A stretch of 20,000 nt of DNA from the sequence record SRR31156797_315; one strand, 5' to 3'. Below the pieces are notes generated by a model that saw nothing but the letters and a program-made list of their open reading frames with translations, was not told the DNA's origin and made no database searches. Shown one piece after another: positions 7,902-15,274 of the stretch. Position 1 is the stretch's first letter; every line of letters begins with the position of its first letter. A program made the translations under genes and the position numbers.

Positions 7902-9614
7902 ATGAAAAAGACAGTATATTTTTTATCAATCTTAATGCTAACCGGATTGGTTTACAGTTGCAAGGATTTTCTTGATGTTAACCCAAAAGGTGTGTTAAGC
8001 GAAGAAAACCTGACATCCCCCGAAAACGCCGAAGGTTTTGTTATTTCAGCATACTCGGCACTGGGAAGCGATCACTACACAGCTCCTTACAGCCTCTGGG
8101 TTTATGGCAATGTGCGTTCTGATGACGCCTACAAAGGCGGACGTGATGAGGCTGATATTCAATCGTTCCACTTCTTCGAAACTTTCGTTTATACACAGCC
8201 CGACATGGCCGGCCTCGAAGGTGGCGGCGACCCTGACGAACTTTGGTTTAGTTTGTACATCAGCATCTCCAGGGTGAACAATGCACTGAGAGCTCTCAAT
8301 AGCATCACGGAAGAGGAAATGCCATTGCGCGACACCCGGATTGGTGAAATGAGATTCTTAAGGGGGCATTTCTATTTTAAGCTCAAAATCCTCTGGAAAT
8401 ACATACCTTATATTGATGAGTTCGTGCCTGTAAATGAATACGAAAATGTGTCGAACAGAGCATTGTCGAATGACGAACTCTGGAATAAAATTGCTGAAGA
8501 CTTCCAGGCTGCCGTTGACCTGTTGCCCGAAACACAATCAGAAATCGGAAGGGCGAATAAGTATGCTGCACATGCTTATCTGGCCAAAACACGCCTTTAC
8601 CAGGCTTATGAGCAGGACGAGCAGCACAACGTTACAAGCATAAACCCGGCCCGGCTGGAAGAAGTGGTAAATCACTGCGACCTGGCAATGGGTGGCGGCT
8701 ATATGCTCGAAAGTGATTTTGCCAATAATTTTCTGCCGGGCTCTTATGAAAACGGTGTCGAGTCATTGTGGTCAGTACAGTACTCAATCGGAGATGTTTC
8801 TCCAAAAGGACGGTTAAACTGGGGTGACGTTTTAAGTGCACCTATGGCCGGTGGTTTTGGATGTTGTGGTTTTCATCAGCCCAGTCAAAATCTGGTGAAT
8901 GCCTACAAAACCGACGAAAATGGCCTCCCTATGACTGACGATTTTAATGCCGAAGATTACAATGGGGCACAAACCGTTGACCCACGTCTCGACCATACGG
9001 TGGCACAGGTAGGAAAACCCTGGAAATACGTACCCGATTTGGTGATGGATAATTCATGGCTGAGAAATCCTGATGTATATGGCACCAACATGTCGTTAAA
9101 AGAAAATGTAGCGCCCACATGCGATTGCATGGTAAACATCGATCCATTTTACGGAAATTCCAAAAACCGGATCATTCTCAGATATTCAGATGTGTTGTTG
9201 ATGAAAGCAGAGGCACTCATCGAGCTGGGGCAAACCGGAGCAGCATTGCCACTCATTAACCAGGTACGGTCAAGGGCGGCTCAAAGTACAGCTTTGCTCA
9301 AAAATGCAGATGGTAGTCCCGTATCAAGCTATAACGTTGGCCTTTACACTTCGCTGGGGAGCCAGGAAGATGCACGCAAAGCTTTGCGTTTCGAAAGACG
9401 CCTCGAATTTGCAATGGAAGGCAGCCGCTTTTTCGATTTGGTCCGCTGGGGCATTGCTGATGAGGTGTTAAATGGCTATTTCAGCGACGAACAAGAAAAG
9501 AGAGAATATCTCGGATATGCACAGTTTACCAAAAACAGAGATGAATATTGTCCTATTCCACAGCAGCAGATCAATTGGTCGAAAGGACTTTATCAACAAA
9601 ATCCTGGTTACTAA
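7902..9614 (+). CDS. susD: SusD/RagB-family glycan-binding lipoprotein
   Basis: 570 aa. Lipobox VYSC-KDFLD, GEMRFLRGHFYF, RYSDVLLMKAEA, ERRLEFAMEGSRFFDLVRWG, terminal QNPGY. Begins 22 nt after susC. Confidence 0.96.
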   Translation: MKKTVYFLSILMLTGLVYSCKDFLDVNPKGVLSEENLTSPENAEGFVISAYSALGSDHYTAPYSLWVYGNVRSDDAYKGGRDEADIQSFHFFETFVYTQPDMAGLEGGGDPDELWFSLYISISRVNNALRALNSITEEEMPLRDTRIGEMRFLRGHFYFKLKILWKYIPYIDEFVPVNEYENVSNRALSNDELWNKIAEDFQAAVDLLPETQSEIGRANKYAAHAYLAKTRLYQAYEQDEQHNVTSINPARLEEVVNHCDLAMGGGYMLESDFANNFLPGSYENGVESLWSVQYSIGDVSPKGRLNWGDVLSAPMAGGFGCCGFHQPSQNLVNAYKTDENGLPMTDDFNAEDYNGAQTVDPRLDHTVAQVGKPWKYVPDLVMDNSWLRNPDVYGTNMSLKENVAPTCDCMVNIDPFYGNSKNRIILRYSDVLLMKAEALIELGQTGAALPLINQVRSRAAQSTALLKNADGSPVSSYNVGLYTSLGSQEDARKALRFERRLEFAMEGSRFFDLVRWGIADEVLNGYFSDEQEKREYLGYAQFTKNRDEYCPIPQQQINWSKGLYQQNPGY

Positions 9615-9632
9615 TTTTAAAAATAACTAAAC

Positions 9633-11057
9633 ATGAGATCAAGCATAATCACATTAATAATAGCCATTCTCTTTCTGGCAGGCTGTTACAAAAGAGATAT
9701 CAACGAGGCCCTGGAGCCTATCCTGCCTGCGGTCGAAAACCTGAATTATGATTATTTCGCCGATCAGGACAGTGTAACCATTAGCTGGATGAATCCAAAC
9801 ACCGGCCCGGGGCTCAAAACCATTGTAACCCATACCGATGGTGTTATGGTGCTGCCCGGTGAACAAACAAGCTTCAATTACGGGATCATCAAAACCAATA
9901 ATGAATACGCCTTTACCATCAAGATAAAGGATACCACTGGCGTTTACTCGCTGGGGCAAACCATTCGTTTCAACCGCTCAGGGGCAAGTAATATCTCGGA
10001 TATTGCCTTTGTTCAGGAAGAGGATACGGTTTTTGTTTCGTGGACGCTTCCGACGGGAGAAACACTCTCAAAAATAAACGTGGCCTGGAATTCGCCTGAA
10101 GAATCCGGAAGCGAAGAGCTGGATGGAAGTGCCACAAGCCTTAAGCTGGTCGGACTTTCACTGGCTGCCTATGAATTTTCGTTTAGCACCACCAACAGCA
10201 ACAATCAATCATCACATACTACTTACGAACAATTCAGGGTTGGCCCAACAAAAATTGCTTTCCTGAGTCAGTATCCCGACATTGGAAGCATATTGGATGA
10301 TGATGAAATTGCTGCCGCACAATGGTTTGCCGATAATATAACAAACTCAGCTTACATTACTTTCGATCAGATTTTGAACGGAACAGTTGACCTGAAGCAA
10401 TTCCGCGTTATCTGGTGGCATGCCGATGAAGTGGGCGGTGCTGCTTTGCCTGATGCAGCCAAAACCCCAACAGTACTTGCCGCAATAAACGATTTTTATA
10501 AATCCGGTGGAAACCTGCTGTTATCCATCCATGCAACCATGTACCTTGAGCACCTGGGTCGGATTCCTACCGAAGGTTTTGCCAATGGTAAAGCCATTGG
10601 AGATGGCGAAGGTGGTGACAACGGAGATGTTTGGACGGCAAGTGTTAATCTGCAGGCCTACGATTACAGCTCACATCCTATTTATAAAAACCTGACGATC
10701 AACAATACCGCAAATAATGGTAAGGAAATTCCGTTGATTGGCGCCGGTTGGAAAGAAGATCATAACTGCAACTGGATAGATGTTCCTGCCGCCAATGGTT
10801 TTGGCAATGGCGATGACACCTTTATTCCATATCTCGAAACCACCTATGGCGTAAAAATGCTTGGTTCCTGGGGGCATGTCCGCGATTATTTTATGGTAGG
10901 AATTGGCGAGATGATGCCTTTTGGTGATTACCAGGGAACTGCCATCGCAATAGGGCTTGGTGCTTATGAGTGGAACCAGAACAGTGGGGCCAACCCCTAT
11001 CAAAATCAAATTGAAAAGCTTACCATGAATAGTATCGAATATCTGAAAGCCAAATAA
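9633..11057 (+). CDS. Surface glycan-binding lipoprotein (SGBP-B-like): two FN3/Ig-like N-terminal domains plus DUF4960-like C-terminal domain
   Basis: 474 aa. Lipobox LAGC; beta-sandwich segments (VTISWMNP, VFVSWTLP). C-domain motifs DDDEIAAA, VIWWH, GGNLLLSIHA, GWKEDHN and GAYEWNQ are shared with the next gene. Directly follows susD. Confidence 0.75.
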   Translation: MRSSIITLIIAILFLAGCYKRDINEALEPILPAVENLNYDYFADQDSVTISWMNPNTGPGLKTIVTHTDGVMVLPGEQTSFNYGIIKTNNEYAFTIKIKDTTGVYSLGQTIRFNRSGASNISDIAFVQEEDTVFVSWTLPTGETLSKINVAWNSPEESGSEELDGSATSLKLVGLSLAAYEFSFSTTNSNNQSSHTTYEQFRVGPTKIAFLSQYPDIGSILDDDEIAAAQWFADNITNSAYITFDQILNGTVDLKQFRVIWWHADEVGGAALPDAAKTPTVLAAINDFYKSGGNLLLSIHATMYLEHLGRIPTEGFANGKAIGDGEGGDNGDVWTASVNLQAYDYSSHPIYKNLTINNTANNGKEIPLIGAGWKEDHNCNWIDVPAANGFGNGDDTFIPYLETTYGVKMLGSWGHVRDYFMVGIGEMMPFGDYQGTAIAIGLGAYEWNQNSGANPYQNQIEKLTMNSIEYLKAK

Positions 11058-11066
11058 TAAGGAGGA
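11058..11066 (+). promoter_or_regulatory. Canonical Shine-Dalgarno-like sequence before the second SGBP gene
   Basis: TAAGGAGG at 11058-11065, 5 nt before ATG 11071. Confidence 0.4.
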
Positions 11067-11070
11067 TAAA

Positions 11071-12516
11071 ATGAATAACATGAAACATATAGTTTTTGCT
11101 TTTATCGTAACAGTGTTGATTGGGGCATTGGTTGCCTCATGCGAAAAAGATCGTACCGATCTGGACCTGGAGCACGAAGTAAACATTTTGGAATTTAAGA
11201 TCGGCGACAGGAGCGGTGAAATAGATACTGATAATGCACGTATCCTGATTTATCTGCCTGCCGGCACTACAGATTTGAGTGCACTGGAACCTGTGGTTTC
11301 GGTATCCTCAGGAGCAACAGTAACACCGGCTTCCGGCGAAGCTGTTGACCTGAGCGACTCTGTTGAATATACCGTGTTTGCCGGTAATGTATATAAGAAA
11401 TATTGGGTTAGGGCGGGCGTTCGCAAAGCTGAAATACTCAGCTTTTCGATCAATGGTTCGCAGGGAATTATCGACCATGAAACCAACAACATTGATGTGC
11501 CTTTACCGCTGGGAACCGATTTAACAAATCTTGTTCCTGAAATCACCCTTTCGGAGGAAAGTACAGTATCGCCGGCCTCCGGCGTTGCTCAGGATTTCTC
11601 TAATCCGGTAACTTACACCGTTAGCAGCGGAACGGAAGTTGTCGAATATACGGCCTTCACCTCATTATTGGCCACACCCGACACTACCAAAGGCCCGATT
11701 GGCGAAAAGATTGCCTTCCTCGGTGATGCCGGCGATCGCTTTAGCCTGCCTGATGACGATGAGCAGGCGGCAGCCGATTTCTTTTTCAGCGAATATGCCG
11801 ATGCCGATTTTATCTCATGGGATCAGGTTCTGGCCGGCCATGTTAATATTTATGATTATAAAGTTATATGGTGGCATTATGACGCCGGATGGGAACTTCC
11901 TTCGCAAGCGGCACATCAGGCGGTAATTGATATTTTTAGCGATTTCATGAAAGACGGTGGAAACCTCTTCCTTTCGGGACACGCCTGCCAGTATTTCTGG
12001 TCTATCGGAAGGTTTACCAATGCATACAATATGACCATTGGCAGTGGTGAAGGTTTTGATAATCCCGATACCTGGGCCATTGGCGTTAACCTGCCGGGCA
12101 ACGATCAGCGTGGCCATCCGATTTATCAGGACCTTATTTTTGATGATAACAATGGTTTATTTACGTTCCCCGTAATCGGGCCCGGCTGGAAAGAAGACCA
12201 CAATCATGTGATTGTTGAAGTGGCTGCGTTCCATGGTTATCCCAACAATGCACCCGGAGCCTATGTTGCCTTTACCGAACAAAACAATGTGGAATGGTTA
12301 GGCGTATGGGGCGGCATTCAGGATTATTTTATGGCAGGTGTTATGGAAATGCTGCCCACGGATGAGTTCAGCGGAAGAGCCATTTATCTTGGTATCGGAG
12401 GTTTCGAATGGAACCAGAATGCCCAGGGTGATATCAACCCGACAGGCGACAATATGTATCAGGGCAATATCGAAACCGTGGCAAGGAATACCATCAACTA
12501 TCTCTCGGCCAATTGA
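11071..12516 (+). CDS. Surface glycan-binding lipoprotein: two tandem DUF5018-like Ig repeats plus DUF4960-like domain
   Basis: 481 aa (alternative start 11080). Lipobox VASC-EKD. Internal repeat ILEFKI...GEID...LPAGTTDLSALEP...VTPASGEAVDLSDSVEYTV / ILSFSI...GIID...LPLGTDLTNLVP...VSPASGVAQDFSNPVTYTV. The C-domain is paralogous to that of 9633-11057. Confidence 0.75.
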   Translation: MNNMKHIVFAFIVTVLIGALVASCEKDRTDLDLEHEVNILEFKIGDRSGEIDTDNARILIYLPAGTTDLSALEPVVSVSSGATVTPASGEAVDLSDSVEYTVFAGNVYKKYWVRAGVRKAEILSFSINGSQGIIDHETNNIDVPLPLGTDLTNLVPEITLSEESTVSPASGVAQDFSNPVTYTVSSGTEVVEYTAFTSLLATPDTTKGPIGEKIAFLGDAGDRFSLPDDDEQAAADFFFSEYADADFISWDQVLAGHVNIYDYKVIWWHYDAGWELPSQAAHQAVIDIFSDFMKDGGNLFLSGHACQYFWSIGRFTNAYNMTIGSGEGFDNPDTWAIGVNLPGNDQRGHPIYQDLIFDDNNGLFTFPVIGPGWKEDHNHVIVEVAAFHGYPNNAPGAYVAFTEQNNVEWLGVWGGIQDYFMAGVMEMLPTDEFSGRAIYLGIGGFEWNQNAQGDINPTGDNMYQGNIETVARNTINYLSAN

Positions 12517-12703
12517 TCTAACGACATTGAAGGTTATCATAAATAGTTTTATCATCATATAGTCAGTTCTCATCATTTTTTTAATTTTTGGGGCTGTCCT
12601 GCAAAAAAAAGGATACAGGTTTTGTTAGTTGTTGTCTGTGTTTCTTTACAATAGTTTTTCTCATAATTGAAGTTTTGGACAAAGCAGGCAGCCCCATTTT
12701 TTT
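12517..12703 (+). ncRNA. Candidate structured intergenic RNA / split terminator (possible 3'-derived sRNA)
   Basis: TGGGGCTG(T)CCTGC (12589-12602) pairs with GCAGGCAGCCCCA (12684-12696), followed by T7. The 81-nt U-rich interior contains a weak stem. ATAGT...TCAT motifs are repeated. Confidence 0.35.
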
Positions 12704-12712
12704 CTATTGATC

Positions 12713-15259
12713 ATGAAAACAGGTCTTCTTTTGCGGTTTTTTGTTTTAAGCTTGCTTGCTATCGCAATAACGGGTTTGGATGCGCAGCAGCTTGTGAAAT
12801 TTAGTTTCGAGGAACCCACCGGTACAGTCAGCGCCCTGGATTCGATGAGTGGTGAAATGTTCCCCGTGGCCAATCATTTCGACAGGCCAGAGCGCATCAC
12901 CGGGGTAAATGGCAGCGCATTGCGCCTCGACAGTTACTCAACCTGGGTTAGTCTGAATCCTTTTCCGCTTCAGAATGTCGATACAAAATTAACCGTCCAG
13001 GCCTGGTATGCCACCGAGGCTTTTAACTACGAAAACGCTTCCATCATAAGCCAGCAAACAACTGATGCCGGATTTTCGCTTAGCATTGGCAGGTTTGGGC
13101 AGGTTGTTCTTGAGTTTTTTGCTGATGACACCACTTACAATTTTGTGAGCGAAAACAGCATCCAAACATACACCTGGAATCATATTGTCGGGTTCATCGA
13201 TCTTGAAGCATCGATAGCCAAAGTTTATGTAAACGGGGAATTATGGATCAATCAATCCCTGTCTCAACACAACGCCCTGAATCTTTCTCAAACCCAGGCC
13301 TTGTTCGTTGGTCGTCATTCCATTTATCAAACTGCCAATGGCTTCCCAATCATGGCCCTCAACGGTGTCATCGACGAGGTTTCGCTGTTCAATACAATTT
13401 TGGACGAATCAACCATCGTGGGCAATTATGAAAAATACAAGGATTCGATCCCCGACCTGACCATCGATCCGGACATCCGCCATGCAGGTGATCATCTGCG
13501 CCCAAAATATCACCCCATGCCCAATACAAGCTGGACCAACGAATCGTACGGGCTTACCTATTTTGATAATAAATATCACATGTTTTTTCAGAAAAACCCC
13601 AACGCACCCCATTTGTTCTTTATGCACTGGGGTCATGTAAGCAGTCCCGACCTTGTTGACTGGACCGAAGAAAAAGTTGCACTGGCTCCATCGCCGGGAT
13701 TCGACAGCTTTGGCGTTTGGTCAGGGACAACAGTGATGAACCACAGCGACGAACCTGTAATTTTTTATACCGGGGTAGATGGCGCAAAAGCCGGAATAGG
13801 CGGAGCACTGCGCTTAGATGATGATTTAATATCGTGGGAGGAGTTCCCCGAAAACCCACTCATACCCAATCCGCCACCCGAATACCAGCACATGGATTTT
13901 CGGGATCCCTTTCTTTGGAAAGCTGATTCGACATATTATATGATTGTTGGTTCGGGACTTCAAAACAATGGTGGAGGAATTTTATTTACATACCGCTCCA
14001 CCGACCTCATAAACTGGGAAAACATTCCGCCTTTGTATAGCAGCAGCAATGTGTCGCTCACAGGGAAATTCTGGGAGATGCCCGTGTTTTATCCGGTTAA
14101 CGACAGTATTTATCTTTTGGCAGTTACGCCCATACCCACGCCCATAAAACCTGCCAAAACCATTTACTGGTTAGGGACGTGGGAAAACGAAATTTTTACA
14201 CCCTATCAGGTTGAGCCAAAAAAACTTGAGATTATCCAGAAAAACCTGCTTTCGCCGGCAGTAGGCACAGATGAAGAAAACAGGATAACGTATATCGGGA
14301 TTATTCCCGAAGACCGCCCTGCCGAAAGCCAGGTTGAAGCCGGCTGGCGCAACACCTTTTCAATTCCACGGGTAATACGTTTGCTCAACGACACTTCCAT
14401 CGGGCAGGTTCCTCATCCGAATCTATGCAGATTAAGAGCAGCGCACACGCAGATTACGGATCGCGAAATTTTGCCTGGCACCACATTCAACCTCAACGGG
14501 TTTGAAAGCACCCAGTGCGAACTGGAGTTTTGGATACAGGCCAGCGACAGCTCCGTGTTTCAGATACAGCTATTAAAAAATGCAGTCGAAAATGAAGTTA
14601 CCGTTCTGCAATTCGACATGATTAACGACATGATAAGTATCGACCGGAGATTCTCGAGCTTATCCAATGCTACCGCCGATCTACTCACAGACGATTACAT
14701 TTTTAACCCCAACGATACAGTATATGTGCGCATTTTCGTCGACCGTTCCACCATTGAGGTATTTGTCGATAACCTGACGGTGTTTTCATGCCGGGCGTAT
14801 CCTTCACTCGAAAGTTCAAATATGATTGATGCCATTGCTGAAACAGGCCCGCTGAAAATTATCGAAATGAATGCCTGGCAACTGAAAAGCTTTGGCGACA
14901 CGATGAGTAACGATGTTTGTGAACCGGCTTTTCTTCCCGAAACATTTTTTGAAGATACCGTAAAACCCGGCCATTCATCAGTTCCTGAACAGGGAGAACC
15001 AACCGGGCTGATGATATACCCCAACCCGACACAGGATTATATCGATGTGGTGGCAAACAACAATTCAGGAGGCGAGGCAAACATCCAAATATTTAATATG
15101 GTAGGTGAATGTATCCGGCAATTTCAACTTTCGGCAAATAGCAGCGGCCTGATCCATCGGATTGTTACCAATAATTTCGACGAAGGAATGTATTTTTTGA
15201 GATTTTCGCAGGGGGGCTTTAGCACCATAGCCCGGTTTTTAGTTTTGGATAGTAAATAA
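12713..15259 (+). CDS. T9SS-secreted GH32 (LamG/ConA-like + GH32 + GH32C + CTD), endo-inulinase-like with Glu at the nucleophile position
   Basis: Signal peptide (LDA-QQ). LamG-like motifs (TWNHIVG...KVYVNGEL...LFVGR...GVIDEVSLFN). GH32 motifs HLRPKYHPMPNTSWTNESYG, MHWGHVSSPDLVDW, WSGT, FRDPF, WEMP; GH32C RIFVDRSTIEVF. CTD IYPNP...IFNMVG...GMYFL. ATG 12713 is preferred over TTG 12707. Confidence 0.9.
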   Translation: MKTGLLLRFFVLSLLAIAITGLDAQQLVKFSFEEPTGTVSALDSMSGEMFPVANHFDRPERITGVNGSALRLDSYSTWVSLNPFPLQNVDTKLTVQAWYATEAFNYENASIISQQTTDAGFSLSIGRFGQVVLEFFADDTTYNFVSENSIQTYTWNHIVGFIDLEASIAKVYVNGELWINQSLSQHNALNLSQTQALFVGRHSIYQTANGFPIMALNGVIDEVSLFNTILDESTIVGNYEKYKDSIPDLTIDPDIRHAGDHLRPKYHPMPNTSWTNESYGLTYFDNKYHMFFQKNPNAPHLFFMHWGHVSSPDLVDWTEEKVALAPSPGFDSFGVWSGTTVMNHSDEPVIFYTGVDGAKAGIGGALRLDDDLISWEEFPENPLIPNPPPEYQHMDFRDPFLWKADSTYYMIVGSGLQNNGGGILFTYRSTDLINWENIPPLYSSSNVSLTGKFWEMPVFYPVNDSIYLLAVTPIPTPIKPAKTIYWLGTWENEIFTPYQVEPKKLEIIQKNLLSPAVGTDEENRITYIGIIPEDRPAESQVEAGWRNTFSIPRVIRLLNDTSIGQVPHPNLCRLRAAHTQITDREILPGTTFNLNGFESTQCELEFWIQASDSSVFQIQLLKNAVENEVTVLQFDMINDMISIDRRFSSLSNATADLLTDDYIFNPNDTVYVRIFVDRSTIEVFVDNLTVFSCRAYPSLESSNMIDAIAETGPLKIIEMNAWQLKSFGDTMSNDVCEPAFLPETFFEDTVKPGHSSVPEQGEPTGLMIYPNPTQDYIDVVANNNSGGEANIQIFNMVGECIRQFQLSANSSGLIHRIVTNNFDEGMYFLRFSQGGFSTIARFLVLDSK

Positions 15260-15274
15260 AAAAACGTTTTTCGC

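Noticed and set aside
12603-12610. A8 homopolymer as a phase-variation switch
   Set aside because: Short and intergenic in an AT-rich region, with no evident promoter spacing that it would alter.
12713-15259. GH32 pseudogene or inactive enzyme because NDPNG is missing
   Set aside because: The frame is intact, RDP and the acid/base Glu are retained, and a Glu nucleophile is known in endo-inulinases.
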